DNA of 64,000 nucleotides from Bdellovibrionales bacterium. Its GTDB lineage: Bacteria; Bdellovibrionota; Bdellovibrionia; Bdellovibrionales; CAYMLA01. The stretch spans positions 416,001 to 480,000 of the forward strand of contig OZ244239.1 of assembly GCA_965217115.1 (NCBI GenBank). Direction: 5' to 3'. Shown piece after piece: positions 19,332 through 30,148 of this stretch. The notes below the pieces were generated by a model that saw nothing but the letters and a program-made list of their open reading frames with translations, ran no database searches and was not told the origin of the DNA. The position numbers and the translations under genes are program-made. The stretch's first letter is position 1; each line of letters opens with the position of its first letter.

Positions 19332-20405
19332 ATGGCAAAGAAACTCTTCATCTATTTAGGCGTTCTCCTCTTTACCTCAATGAGTTGGTCCCTGTCCTAT
19401 TACATTCCCTACACTGGTCAAGCCAATGACGAAGTTGTGCTCATTGCTCAAAATAACAGTTCAGTACCACTCACGTTTTGGCTGCAACATCGTCATTCAG
19501 CCAGCGGCAAACTTATAGAAGACTCCTTTTTTTTGAGGGGCCAAGAGAAGCTCTCGCTCTTCCTTCATAGGAAAACTGCGCCCAGCATCTGGGCCGTCGT
19601 AACATTGGCATTTCAATCTTCCCCACGGGTTAGTTTTAAACTCAAAACTGCAGGGAGAACCCACGATCTTCTTCCCCACACTGCCAATGGTTATAAGATA
19701 TCGAAAAATAAACAAATAAAAAAAGTTTTTATTGCTAATACAAGTGCCATGGGTAATGACATTAGAATGTACGATGGTAAAAATCGTCTTTTGAAAAAAA
19801 TCACGATTAAACCACACGGAAGTTATTGGTTAAATCATTCTTCCTTAAAAGAGAATCTTCACAAGGTCACCTCTAGTTACCCCTCTCTAATGAGCACCTA
19901 TGCAAGCACGACAAACACTCAGGAAGGCAATGTTTATAAAAATGTCTCCCCCCCTTCCTACCACTGGGACTGGCAGCATAAGCCCATTCGTCGTCCACTT
20001 TCACCCGACCCCCGTCACCACTATTTTCTTATTGGCCGACAAAATCAGCCGTCTTCTCAGGAAACATTTGTTATTCCCATGGATGACCCTGCCCTTATTG
20101 AGGAAGCTCGTTACCTTATTAATCATCCTGAAGTTCAATGGGGAAGAATCATCTCTGCGAGAATTGCTTTAGGACACGGAGGTTTTAATCGACACTTTAA
20201 GGCTTCACAACAACCAGTTTGGTCTTGGCACGTCAATCAAGTGACCAGCCTTGGAGATTTTGGTTCACAATTCTGTGATGGCTCTCCTACACAGGTCGAA
20301 CTTCTGGCCCAAGAATGGGTGGACAACATTGGGATTATCTGCTTCTGGAACTTCACCTTTATAAGAGAACTCAAACCTAAAGAGCTCTCTTTAAAAAATC
20401 AATAA
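19332..20405 (+). CDS. Secreted protein with a C-terminal BP74-like domain
   Basis: Signal peptide; FVIPMDDP...AR, GFN...WSWHV, CDGSP..VE, ICFW. Family recalled from motif pattern, not searched. Confidence 0.55.
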   Translation: MAKKLFIYLGVLLFTSMSWSLSYYIPYTGQANDEVVLIAQNNSSVPLTFWLQHRHSASGKLIEDSFFLRGQEKLSLFLHRKTAPSIWAVVTLAFQSSPRVSFKLKTAGRTHDLLPHTANGYKISKNKQIKKVFIANTSAMGNDIRMYDGKNRLLKKITIKPHGSYWLNHSSLKENLHKVTSSYPSLMSTYASTTNTQEGNVYKNVSPPSYHWDWQHKPIRRPLSPDPRHHYFLIGRQNQPSSQETFVIPMDDPALIEEARYLINHPEVQWGRIISARIALGHGGFNRHFKASQQPVWSWHVNQVTSLGDFGSQFCDGSPTQVELLAQEWVDNIGIICFWNFTFIRELKPKELSLKNQ

Positions 20406-20456
20406 CTCTAAAAAATATATGGTTCTCCCAATTTGTTTTCCCATAGATGCCCTTTA

Positions 20457-20969
20457 CTACTTTGACACTGACGTTTGAGCCGACTGTCCTTGGGTTTCTT
20501 CAACTTCCACTCCTATCTTCTCTACCCCCAAAGGAGAGAGTCTCTGTAAAAGATCAATGGCCAACAGTTTTGAAAGTTCCTCAACACTTGTGTTCATCGT
20601 ATTAAGCCTCTCCACCTCGTTAATGGGAAAAGCGTAATAACGATCTCGAAAATGAACATGCAGAGTGCCTCCCTCTTCACGAAATTTAAAGTCACTATGA
20701 TTTGCAGGTAACAAAACCTTTTCATCCCAAATAGATATTAATTTTTCCGCTTCTTTTTTTATTTTAGAGAAATCTATGTAAAGCCCGCCAGATAACTGAC
20801 CAACGTCCTTCTCAGGCACTGGGATCTCAATTCTAACTCGATAATTATGCCCATGGAGTCTCTCAGCTCGCTTCCCGTCAAAAATAAGAAAATGGGCCGC
20901 AGAGAATTTGAATCTCTCTTTATAAAGCTTTAAAACAATCCCTTCGATTTTCATAAACACCCTCAACAC
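20457..20969 (-). CDS. 6-pyruvoyltetrahydropterin synthase family protein, PTPS-III-like
   Basis: FSAAHF, ERLHGHNY (ExxHGH), TSVEEL, VEET. Confidence 0.8.
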   Translation of the reverse strand: MLRVFMKIEGIVLKLYKERFKFSAAHFLIFDGKRAERLHGHNYRVRIEIPVPEKDVGQLSGGLYIDFSKIKKEAEKLISIWDEKVLLPANHSDFKFREEGGTLHVHFRDRYYAFPINEVERLNTMNTSVEELSKLLAIDLLQRLSPLGVEKIGVEVEETQGQSAQTSVSK

Positions 20970-21065
20970 GTAAAATTCTACTGAAGATAGCTATTTGGCA
21001 ATGCTTTCACCATACACCCCCGTCTTATCATTGACTACTGATAAGCGATCAATTAATCCATTACT

Positions 21066-21461
21066 ATGGATTTTGAACTCAGCCAAAGCTTTACTATTGA
21101 ATCAGCGCGTTTTTTGCCCCATTTACCCCAAGAACATCCTTGCTCACGCATCCACGGCCACAGCTTTCTTATAAGGCTTATCATCCGCGGCCCCGTTGAT
21201 CAGAAAATCGGCTGGGTCATGGATTATTCAGACATTCAAAAAGCCATGGAGCCTATTTTAAAATTAACCGATCACCAACAACTCAACAAAGTCCAGGGGC
21301 TGGAAAATCCAACCACCGAAACCCTCTGCCAATGGATTTATAATAAATTAAAAAACCAACTGCCTCTATTGCACCAAGTTGAGATTAAAGAAACTGCCAC
21401 CACCTCTTGTGTGTACCCTATACCAAGAGCAAACTCTGACCCATCAAGACAGAGCCTCTGA
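21066..21461 (+). CDS. queD: 6-carboxytetrahydropterin synthase
   Basis: CSRIHGHSF (CxxxHGH), DH..LN...GLENPTTE, ET. Confidence 0.85.
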   Translation: MDFELSQSFTIESARFLPHLPQEHPCSRIHGHSFLIRLIIRGPVDQKIGWVMDYSDIQKAMEPILKLTDHQQLNKVQGLENPTTETLCQWIYNKLKNQLPLLHQVEIKETATTSCVYPIPRANSDPSRQSL

Positions 21462-22284
21462 AGCTAAGAGATTTATCATTGAGAACATCTCCATAGGAGC
21501 TTGGATAAAGCACCACAGCAGAACTGCCCATATGAAAAATCCCGGCTTCCTCTCCCGCAGCCATAGAAATGCCTTGTTCGTATTTTTTACTCACCATCTT
21601 CTTGGATTGTCCCACCCGATTGGTCACCAATGTTTTATCATAAGACATTGTTATCTTGCCCACATTTGTTGCGCCAATCATAATTAAAGCGACTGTCCCC
21701 TTTGCTGTCTCTATGTAAGTAACAACACGTTCATTCACTGCAAATAAATTATCAATGTTGTTCACGCTCCAAGAATTAACAGGCCACAGTGAACCCGGAA
21801 TGTGGGCTGCCCCGCGAATAACTCCCGTCACTGGAGAGTGAACTCTATGGTAATCCGTCGGACACAGATAGTATGTACAATAAAACCCACTGTGATATTT
21901 CTGGGCTTTTTCTCTACTCCCCAACAAACTCTCTACAGAATAACTCTTTCCTTTGCACTGAATTAATTGTCCGCCGCTGGATTTATCATCTTCAATGAAC
22001 CCTCCCCCTTGAGTCATCTCAGAATCGGCTGGATGGACTAAATCCCCCTCAACTGGTCGTAGGCCTTTTTTTAACTTGCGAGTGAAGAGATCACCAATGC
22101 TGTGATAATGTTCCAGAGGATACTCAGCCTCTTCCATATTGATATTGTATTTATTGGCAAAGGCCCTCAAACTCCAAGACCTCAGTGCCCCTGGAAGATT
22201 TAAGTGCACTAGATAACCCACCAAATGACTCAACCATATTTTAGGAACAGTACGAATAAATAAGCTAAACAGCGACTCTTTCAT
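21418..22284 (-). CDS. psd: Phosphatidylserine decarboxylase proenzyme
   Basis: FTRKLK, PADS, YLCPTDYHRVHSP, NERV, GATNVG, FHMGSS cleavage site. Confidence 0.93.
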   Translation of the reverse strand: MKESLFSLFIRTVPKIWLSHLVGYLVHLNLPGALRSWSLRAFANKYNINMEEAEYPLEHYHSIGDLFTRKLKKGLRPVEGDLVHPADSEMTQGGGFIEDDKSSGGQLIQCKGKSYSVESLLGSREKAQKYHSGFYCTYYLCPTDYHRVHSPVTGVIRGAAHIPGSLWPVNSWSVNNIDNLFAVNERVVTYIETAKGTVALIMIGATNVGKITMSYDKTLVTNRVGQSKKMVSKKYEQGISMAAGEEAGIFHMGSSAVVLYPSSYGDVLNDKSLSFRGSVLMGQSLLLV

Positions 22285-22390
22285 CTACACTCACTTTTTT
22301 AGAGATCAAATATCATAGGACTTGAACATACTACCTATTTTATGACAAGCTGCCAACATTAAGGAAAAAACTCCTTCTAAAAGATTTAAT

Positions 22391-23929
22391 ATGCCAAAAA
22401 AGATCGACAACATACAAATACCTCTCGGAGAATCCTTAGAAGAAAAACTCCAACTTCTCTCCCCTGACTGGAGTGACTATCGCATTCTACGCAAATCTAT
22501 AGATGCACGTAAGAGACGTCAATTGCAGTTCATATACTCTGTCGAGGTGGCTGGTCCCGGAGAAACCCTCTCTGAGCCCCTCTTCTGTCTGGAAAAAATC
22601 AAAACCAATGAAAGACCAATCATCATCGGCGCTGGACCTGCTGGACTCTTTGCCGCCCTTCGTTTCGTCGAGAGAGGAGTCCCCTGTACTCTTATAGAGA
22701 GGGGCTCTCAAGCAGAAAAACGCCTCTTTGCCATCAACCGTTTTTGGCGCTCTGGAGAGCTTGACCCTGACAACAATATCTACTTTGGCGAAGGGGGCGC
22801 GGGTCTTTACTCTGATGGAAAACTTATCACGCGTATTAAATCACCACACATTCCCTACGTTATGAATCGTCTTGTTCAATTTGGCGCACCTAAAGAAATT
22901 CAATATCTAGCCAACCCCCATGTCGGGTCTGATCGCCTCCGAAGAGTTATTCCCCACTTGCGTCAGTTTCTTATCCAGAATGGTTGTCAAATTCACTTTG
23001 ACACAGAGATCACAGACTTTCTCACCCACACATCCACAACGCCCCGTCATGTCACAGGAGTTAAAAGTAAAAAGGGAGATGTCTTCTATGCCCATCATAT
23101 TATTTTAGCCACTGGCACCGCTGCCCGTCCCTTATATGAAAACCTACAAAATCTTGGCGCCGAGATAAAAAATAAATCCTTTGCCATGGGATTTCGTATT
23201 GAGCATCAACAGAGTGCGATTAATAAGATTCAATACCGCCAGCATGCTGAACATCCAGAATTAGAGGCCGCGAACTACAAACTCACCCATCACGATCACT
23301 CCACAGGGTTAGGTGTGTTTAGTTTCTGTATGTGTCCTGGAGGTTACGTCCTCTCCTGTGGTACAGAACCTGACGGTGTCGTGTGTAACGGCATGAGTAA
23401 TTACAAAAGGAATTCCGGCTACGCCAATTCTGCCGTCGTTATCACCATTGACCATGAAAAGAACTTTACCAAAACATGGGATGGCTATAACCTCACCCGT
23501 CACATAGAAAAATCAGCCTGGAATATGACAAAGAAACATGGTGCTAGTAAACAGCTACCTGCTCAGATCGTCAGTGAATTTTTCTCGGGAAAGGCCACGG
23601 ACATCTTGCCCCACTCCTCCCCTTCAGGCTGTGTACCAGCCAGACTTGATCAACTTTTCAATGACACTCTGACTGGGCAAATTAAAGAAGCACTGGAAAA
23701 ATTCAACCAAAAAATGCCTGGATTTGTCTCCAATAAAGCTCTCTTGTATGGAGTCGAATCACGGACATCTAGCTCCATACAAATTTGCCGTGATAAAGAA
23801 TCACTGGAAAGCACCACACTAAAAGGCATCTACCCTTCAGGAGAAGGCGCAGGATACGCTGGGGGCATCACTAGCGCCGCCTGTGATGGAATACGCATTG
23901 CCGAAAAAATTATTACTCAATTGCAATGA
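22391..23929 (+). CDS. FAD-dependent oxidoreductase
   Basis: IIGAGPAG, FGEGGAGLYSDGKL, FCMCPGG, GEGAGYAGGITSAA. Confidence 0.88.
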   Translation: MPKKIDNIQIPLGESLEEKLQLLSPDWSDYRILRKSIDARKRRQLQFIYSVEVAGPGETLSEPLFCLEKIKTNERPIIIGAGPAGLFAALRFVERGVPCTLIERGSQAEKRLFAINRFWRSGELDPDNNIYFGEGGAGLYSDGKLITRIKSPHIPYVMNRLVQFGAPKEIQYLANPHVGSDRLRRVIPHLRQFLIQNGCQIHFDTEITDFLTHTSTTPRHVTGVKSKKGDVFYAHHIILATGTAARPLYENLQNLGAEIKNKSFAMGFRIEHQQSAINKIQYRQHAEHPELEAANYKLTHHDHSTGLGVFSFCMCPGGYVLSCGTEPDGVVCNGMSNYKRNSGYANSAVVITIDHEKNFTKTWDGYNLTRHIEKSAWNMTKKHGASKQLPAQIVSEFFSGKATDILPHSSPSGCVPARLDQLFNDTLTGQIKEALEKFNQKMPGFVSNKALLYGVESRTSSSIQICRDKESLESTTLKGIYPSGEGAGYAGGITSAACDGIRIAEKIITQLQ

Positions 23930-23931
23930 AC

Positions 23932-24336
23932 TCAAAAATTCACGGTGTTGTTATCCCAAACTGAAACCTCTACTTCGTGACCTGTTGGATCTTTCACGTA
24001 CCAAGAAGTTGAATGAGGATAAGAAATTGGGCTTGAGTAAAATGTCTTTAAAGAATTTGCCTTGATCGTCTCTTCCCACTCTCCCTGATCTTGGACAGAA
24101 ATACCAAAGTGATAAGTCTGATGAAATTCATCTCCCTTAGGGAAAGTTTTTTCAGGAAGCTCTGTTATGGCCAACATACTATCGCCACTTCTCAAAATTC
24201 CCCATTTACTGCCAGAGTCATTAGTCCCTTCCTCAACCAAATCAAAGTTAAAGACCTTTCCATACCATTCAACACTCTCATTAAAATTATTCACACTGAA
24301 ATTCACATGATCTATACTAGAAATTTTATTTTTCAT
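23932..24336 (-). CDS. VOC/glyoxalase family protein
   Basis: IDHVNFSV, HFGI, YVKDPTGHEVE; AAGGAGG RBS before ATG 24336. Confidence 0.88.
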   Translation of the reverse strand: MKNKISSIDHVNFSVNNFNESVEWYGKVFNFDLVEEGTNDSGSKWGILRSGDSMLAITELPEKTFPKGDEFHQTYHFGISVQDQGEWEETIKANSLKTFYSSPISYPHSTSWYVKDPTGHEVEVSVWDNNTVNF

Positions 24337-24346
24337 CTCGACCTCC

Positions 24347-25390
24347 TTAAGAGACATCTTCCCCCTCTTCATATGAGCCCCAGGGTTTCTTACTTGCCGT
24401 GAAACCATCCGCATCTACGGGACTATCCTCGTCATTCTCAAAAGCCTCTAAGGCTTCGATCACTTCAGGGTCTATTTTCGATTCATCATAGCGAGCTAAC
24501 CAACGCTGGTCCTTACTTTGGACCTCTTCATCCAAGGCCAAACGATCACGAATGTCCTGGGCTCGTTCACTGTCTCTCTTTTCTTTTTGCCGTAGCTTCT
24601 CCTCTTCAAAAAAATCAGAGGATGTACTAATTTCTTGCAGCTGATCTGTAATATTGCTTAAGTCCATGTCTCCTTGGGAATAATTAGCGGACACCTCCTC
24701 AGACAAGGTCTCTGTAATATCAGAGAGTTTACGTTTCTCTCCCTCTTCCTCTATAATTCCCTCAGGAATTAATTCATCAATCTCACTCAACGTAGGCAGT
24801 TCTCTTAAATTACGCAGCCCAAAAATCTCAAGAAACTTTTTTGTCGAGCTGTACTGCATTGGTTTGCCTGGTAAATCACTCTTGCCATCAAATTTAACCA
24901 AACTCCTCTCCATCAGAGAGCGCAATAAATGCCCACTCTCAACTCCACGGATTTCATCCACTTCCATTTTCACAACAGGTTGTTTATAGGCAACGATTGC
25001 CAAAACCTCTAACGCAGGTCCTGACAGTCTAAAAGGACGACCCTTAACCATGCGTCTAAGGTAATCCATATTATCAGTTTTTGTGCGTAGTTGATAACCC
25101 CCTGTCACTTCTTCTAAGCAGACACCCCTGCAAGCACCAGCAAGTTCGACCTCCAACGCCTCCAAGGCCCTCTTGATCTTATCTGATTTAATATCAGTGC
25201 CTTTGAAGATTTGTTTAAATGTCGCTAAACTCACTGGCTTCTCTGTGGAAAACAAAACGCTCTCTATAATTGATTCCAATTTCTCAGCCTCAATACACTC
25301 AACGTCCTCTATCTCCACCGATTCAAATTCATCTAGCTCTGACCCCTTAAGCTTCTGCTGTTTTTCTTTCACTTGATTTTTGTCCATCAT
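24347..25390 (-). CDS. scpB: SMC-Scp complex subunit ScpB with acidic extension
   Basis: GGYQLRT, LSGPALEVLAIVAYKQP, IRGV, FLEIFGL..L.ELP. Confidence 0.95.
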   Translation of the reverse strand: MMDKNQVKEKQQKLKGSELDEFESVEIEDVECIEAEKLESIIESVLFSTEKPVSLATFKQIFKGTDIKSDKIKRALEALEVELAGACRGVCLEEVTGGYQLRTKTDNMDYLRRMVKGRPFRLSGPALEVLAIVAYKQPVVKMEVDEIRGVESGHLLRSLMERSLVKFDGKSDLPGKPMQYSSTKKFLEIFGLRNLRELPTLSEIDELIPEGIIEEEGEKRKLSDITETLSEEVSANYSQGDMDLSNITDQLQEISTSSDFFEEEKLRQKEKRDSERAQDIRDRLALDEEVQSKDQRWLARYDESKIDPEVIEALEAFENDEDSPVDADGFTASKKPWGSYEEGEDVS

Positions 25391-26181
25391 ATCCTCGCTG
25401 CGGCTTCTAAGTTTGTCTCGTATTCTTCAACACGACTAATGGCATCGGTATTAATTTCTTGGCAACCCTCCACATAAATTTCTTCATAGGTCGCACTTTG
25501 AAAGATTTTAATCATTTGCAACTTACCCAACTCTAGAATCGACAAAAATGTAATCAAGCTTTCTTTTAATCGCGACTCACTCTCTTTTGATTGAATTAAA
25601 GAAGACATTGGCACTTGCTTACCCAGCAAGAGCCGATCTTTAATCTCTATAATTCGACTAGCAACAGATTGCGTCTTAATAGCCACCTTGTGAACCTGTC
25701 TCTTCATAGAGTGCATCGCTCTACGATAGGAAGAGATCAAAGAAAATAGAGCATTGTCTTCCACGACAATTCCCCCTTCAACTTGAGGCAAGCTCTCACA
25801 AGAGCCTCTCACCCAAATATCTCGACCTAACAAAGGACGTTCATAGAGAACTTTAGCCGCCTCTTGGTATTTTTCATATTCTAAAAGTTTTTGCACGAGC
25901 TCGCGGCGTGGGTCCCCACCCTCAATCTCTTCCCCAGCTTCATTATAAGTTGGTAAAAGCATCCTCGCCTTGATCTGAATAAGAGTGGCGGCCATCGCTA
26001 CAAAATCCCCAGCGAATTCTAAATCCAATTCCTTCATGACTTTAATGTATTCAAAATACTGTTTAGTGATTTCATTGATATTAATATCCAGCACATCCAT
26101 CTCTTCTTTACGTATTAAATAAAGAAGAAGTGCTAGAGGACCTTCAAATTTTTGGAGCTGTACATTAATCAATGCCGTCAC
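25387..26181 (-). CDS. scpA: Segregation and condensation protein A
   Basis: FEGPLALLLYLI, MAATLIQIKARMLLP, TFLSILEL. Confidence 0.95.
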   Translation of the reverse strand: MTALINVQLQKFEGPLALLLYLIRKEEMDVLDININEITKQYFEYIKVMKELDLEFAGDFVAMAATLIQIKARMLLPTYNEAGEEIEGGDPRRELVQKLLEYEKYQEAAKVLYERPLLGRDIWVRGSCESLPQVEGGIVVEDNALFSLISSYRRAMHSMKRQVHKVAIKTQSVASRIIEIKDRLLLGKQVPMSSLIQSKESESRLKESLITFLSILELGKLQMIKIFQSATYEEIYVEGCQEINTDAISRVEEYETNLEAAARI

Positions 26182-26454
26182 TCCTTCTGATAAGATATTG
26201 AAATATCATAACCATCAAACCCCATCTAGCGCTCCGCCCTATCTCTGTCGTCTTCCTCGACCTAGGGCTGACACTCATAATTCAATCAACACCCCGCCTC
26301 TTTTTCAACCTTCTTTTCAAGGCTCCCCATGAACATCGGTGCAACTATCTAATATTAGTTGAAACCACCCCATTCATCAACAGAAGATATCCCTGGAGAA
26401 GAGCCCATTGTCCACAAAACAACGCAGCGCGTTGCTCTGCGGTCCTCCCCTGGA

Positions 26455-27129
26455 TCACCCTAACGTCACAGCAATGAAATTTGAAATTTTCAATAGACCC
26501 TCATTAATTTGATACAGAGGCAGAAACAGATACCGTAGCTGTCCTGTGAACATCAAGATAAAAAACACAATCAAAATTGTCCGATTGTTCTGATAAACCC
26601 ACTGATTAGCTCGGTAGGAAAGAAATCTCTCTAAAATCTTCCCCCCGTCCAAAGGGTGAATGGGAAGTAAATTAAAAAAAGCGAGGAATAAATTAATCAA
26701 AATAAAAAACTGGAAAAAACTCACCACTAAATTATAGTAGTTTCCACCGAAGAAAATATTCGCTAGAACACCTAACAAAACAGTGCCACTCAGGGCCAAA
26801 AATATATTCGATGCGGGGCCAGCCAACGCCACCCAGAACATATCTTCCTTAGGGTTATCTAATTTTCTCACATCAACAGGAACAGGCTTTGCCCAACCAA
26901 ACAAGAACCCACCTGGAAACATAAAGGCCATTAAAGGAAAAATAACAGTCCCCAACCAATCAATATGGGCCATGGGGTTCATACTCAAACGCCCCATTGA
27001 TTCTGCCGTGTCATCTCCCTTTCTTTTAGCCATCCAAGCATGGGCGGCTTCATGGAAACACATAGCAAAAAGAAATGCGATATACTTAGGGAGTGCCTGT
27101 GCAATTGTGCCCAATAAATCCATAGACAC
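26455..27129 (-). CDS. Site-2 protease (M50) family protein
   Basis: HEAAH, AGPASN, NLLPIHPLDG. Confidence 0.93.
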   Translation of the reverse strand: MSMDLLGTIAQALPKYIAFLFAMCFHEAAHAWMAKRKGDDTAESMGRLSMNPMAHIDWLGTVIFPLMAFMFPGGFLFGWAKPVPVDVRKLDNPKEDMFWVALAGPASNIFLALSGTVLLGVLANIFFGGNYYNLVVSFFQFFILINLFLAFFNLLPIHPLDGGKILERFLSYRANQWVYQNNRTILIVFFILMFTGQLRYLFLPLYQINEGLLKISNFIAVTLG

Positions 27130-27207
27130 ATCCTACATTAAGCCGACAGCCTAGTCCAGAAGATCGTATTGTAAATTCTAAAGACTTTCTAAAATACTGA
27201 CCGATGA

Positions 27208-28824
27208 CTAAGGTTTTAACTTGTTTTTGTACTTATAAGCATGATTAGAGATCAAGCTCGATACTCTTCGATATTCACTCAATAAATCTAAGTGAATAGA
27301 GCTTGTGTTGATCGACTCCCGCATTCCTTGATTCAAGCGCTCTATGTGGGATTGACGTAAATTATTTTCTAGTTTACGCAATGCTCGTTTTGAATTAATA
27401 ACATTCTCAGCTAATTCGTGACGAATAAAACAATTCACACCTAAGGCGCATACATTTAACATCTCTGTGTGCATTTTCTTAATCTCTCTCCAGCCCTCTT
27501 CACTAAACTCTAGTTTGAGATAATTCTTTTTCCGTGAAAGGTCTAACACAGTGTGGTCGATAATATCCGCAGCGCTTTCCAAATCACTGGCAAACATAAT
27601 CATCTCCATAACAGATTTGTTCACTTCATCATTTTGATCGACCCCCTCTTCCCCAAGAAGAAAGTCTTTTATCTCGCGGAATAAATGATCGACCATATTA
27701 TCCCGTTCTTCTATGGACTCTCTAATTTCTTGATCATCTTCTTCAAAAAGACGAATAGAATCTCTAGCCATACTCATGACAATATCCGCCATGCGCATAA
27801 TCTCACGACTGGCATAAGTTTCAGCTATTGCAGAGGAACTATAGGTTTCTCTTCTTAAGAACTTAGCTCCAAACACTTTATCACCACTTCCCTTTGGAAA
27901 TAAAAATTCAATGAAACGGGCGACCCATCTAATGAACGGGAAAAACAAAATCGCCGAAACCACGTTCAACACAAGGTGTGCATTCGCAATAGCTCGCACT
28001 TCGTTCACCGAAAAAGACATCACCCAATTCACCCCAGAGATTGCAAAATAAGAAAATATCAGTACGCTCACCGCTTTGTAGAAAAAATGAGCCCAAGCCA
28101 CTTGCCTACCGATATAATTGCCACCAATGGATGCCATCAAGGCCGTCGATGTCGTACCGATATTGGCTCCCAAGACCCAAAAAAAAGCGTCGTACATAGA
28201 AATCATTCCCGCCTGCGTAAAACCCATAGCCAAACCAATGGTCACAGCACTGCTGTGCACAAAACCACTAAAGCATGTCGCTACAAGCAACGAAGCCCAA
28301 GGGTTGCCTGAGAGATTTTTAAATATCTCGGTCACAAAAGGAACTTTAGCAATAGCGTTTGCCCCTAAACCAATAAGTTCCATACCAAAAAACAACAGGC
28401 CAAAACCCATGAGAACACCCATGACTTTTTTTATAAAATCTTTCTTGGCGATAAAATAAACACTAAAGGCCCCGATAAATACAAGTAAGCCCCATTGAGC
28501 AATATTGAAACTGATCAGTTGCACCGTCAACGTCGAGCCAACCGCAGAGCCTATAATGACTCCCATCACTTCCGACAAAGTGATCACTCCTGCCGACCCC
28601 AAACCTACTAACATCGACGTCACAGCTCCAGAGCTCTGCAAAAGAACCGTTAACGCCGCTCCAACTAAAATTGCTAAAAATGAATTTGTTGATAATTTAT
28701 TCAGAAGTAATCGTACACGATTAATCATCAATTTTTCTAAAAAATGACTACACAGGCTCATACCATACATAAAAAAAGCAACACCGCCTAAGAGAAGCAC
28801 CAAATCATTATGTTGCAACATCAA
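27208..28824 (-). CDS. Na/Pi cotransporter with PhoU-like C-terminus
   Basis: QSSGA, GANIGTT, soluble C-terminal domain with TSSIHLDLL. Confidence 0.9.
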   Translation of the reverse strand: MMLQHNDLVLLLGGVAFFMYGMSLCSHFLEKLMINRVRLLLNKLSTNSFLAILVGAALTVLLQSSGAVTSMLVGLGSAGVITLSEVMGVIIGSAVGSTLTVQLISFNIAQWGLLVFIGAFSVYFIAKKDFIKKVMGVLMGFGLLFFGMELIGLGANAIAKVPFVTEIFKNLSGNPWASLLVATCFSGFVHSSAVTIGLAMGFTQAGMISMYDAFFWVLGANIGTTSTALMASIGGNYIGRQVAWAHFFYKAVSVLIFSYFAISGVNWVMSFSVNEVRAIANAHLVLNVVSAILFFPFIRWVARFIEFLFPKGSGDKVFGAKFLRRETYSSSAIAETYASREIMRMADIVMSMARDSIRLFEEDDQEIRESIEERDNMVDHLFREIKDFLLGEEGVDQNDEVNKSVMEMIMFASDLESAADIIDHTVLDLSRKKNYLKLEFSEEGWREIKKMHTEMLNVCALGVNCFIRHELAENVINSKRALRKLENNLRQSHIERLNQGMRESINTSSIHLDLLSEYRRVSSLISNHAYKYKNKLKP

Positions 28825-28852
28825 TCACTTCCTTCATCTTCATTGCTAAGAA

Positions 28853-29356
28853 CTAGAAATACTGCTCTTTAATCCCTTTGGCAATAGCTGAAAAAAAATC
28901 TGTATAGGATTCCCCAAGAACAAACATGGGAATAAAATAAAGGCTTACCATCCAAAAAAATGCAACGGATACCAATTTGTACAGTAGCCACTTAATAGAT
29001 AACATTTTCAATTTCGATACTAACAATGACCGTATTACTATGAAACTAAGCCAAAAAGCCCCCTGGGCTATAAAGAAATTCTCCCAATTAGAAAATTTAG
29101 AGAGCTCTTCCACAGATTCGAGCACTTTGTCATCAGTGGCGATAGCTATTATCTTTTGCATCTCCTCATTATTAGAAAATCTTTTGACTTTCTCTGCCAT
29201 TTTCTGGCTCGCCCACTCTATCTTTTGAATTTGCTCATAGTCTAAATCTTTAACGACGTTCAACCACATCTTATCACCCTCTTTTAATTTCCTGGCCTCT
29301 ATTGCTCTACCTGGCAATTTTAGACGCCATACGCTACTCTCGTCTAGCAATAACAT
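28853..29356 (-). CDS. Hypothetical membrane protein
   Basis: 167-aa ORF with two hydrophobic segments, co-oriented with the downstream genes. Confidence 0.6.
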   Translation of the reverse strand: MLLLDESSVWRLKLPGRAIEARKLKEGDKMWLNVVKDLDYEQIQKIEWASQKMAEKVKRFSNNEEMQKIIAIATDDKVLESVEELSKFSNWENFFIAQGAFWLSFIVIRSLLVSKLKMLSIKWLLYKLVSVAFFWMVSLYFIPMFVLGESYTDFFSAIAKGIKEQYF

Positions 29357-29477
29357 CTAAGGCTAACTGACTCAGGCATTCAAGACAACTCTTTCTCCCT
29401 CAATCAATGAATTCCTTTACTGTTTGCCGAGGACTTTGTATGCTCAGAAAATAAATTTTCTCTAAGGACTTTTTTAA

Positions 29478-30134
29478 GTGAAGAGTTTCGTATTTGGCCA
29501 TACCTACAACTCCCTTCCCATCATCGCCCACGAATTTGGCAGTCAGGGACCGAGTGTTCTTATTCTTGCTGGAGTTCACGGAGATGAAAGCGAGGGCGTC
29601 ATTGCAGCCCATGGCTTGCTCGATAGCTTCACACAGAGTTTCCCCTATAAGCTCCACCTCACGATCATTCCCGCTTTCAACCTAGATGGCGTCATCGCCG
29701 GCCAAAGGAAAAATGCCAACGGTGTCGATCTCAACCGCAACCTCCCAACTTCAGATTGGTCCCCAGAAATAGCTTCTGAACGCTACCATCCTGGAGGTGA
29801 AGCGGGGAGTGAACCTGAGACTCAGGCCCTTCTGAGGTTCTTGGATAGATGCAAGCCTCGTTTTATCATCTCTCTCCACTCGTGGAAACCCATGCTCAAT
29901 ATCAATGGAAAATGTGATCAGGAGGCCCAGATCATCTCTGAATTGACAGGTTACGAAATCAAAGAGAGTATCGGCTATCCCACGCCTGGATGCCTGGGCA
30001 CCTACTCTGGCTTGGAACGAAACACCCCCACACTCACCTATGAAATCGAGCGAGGACTCTCTACTGAGGAGACCCTGCGAGTACACCCTCCTGCTATATT
30101 AGAAGCTTTAAAAATAACGGAATCCATCACTTAA
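29478..30134 (+). CDS. mpaA: Murein peptide amidase A-like M14 carboxypeptidase
   Basis: GVHGDE, NANGVDLNRN, SEPET, ISLH, GYPTPG. Confidence 0.8.
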   Translation: MKSFVFGHTYNSLPIIAHEFGSQGPSVLILAGVHGDESEGVIAAHGLLDSFTQSFPYKLHLTIIPAFNLDGVIAGQRKNANGVDLNRNLPTSDWSPEIASERYHPGGEAGSEPETQALLRFLDRCKPRFIISLHSWKPMLNINGKCDQEAQIISELTGYEIKESIGYPTPGCLGTYSGLERNTPTLTYEIERGLSTEETLRVHPPAILEALKITESIT

Positions 30135-30148
30135 AATAAGGACAAAAC

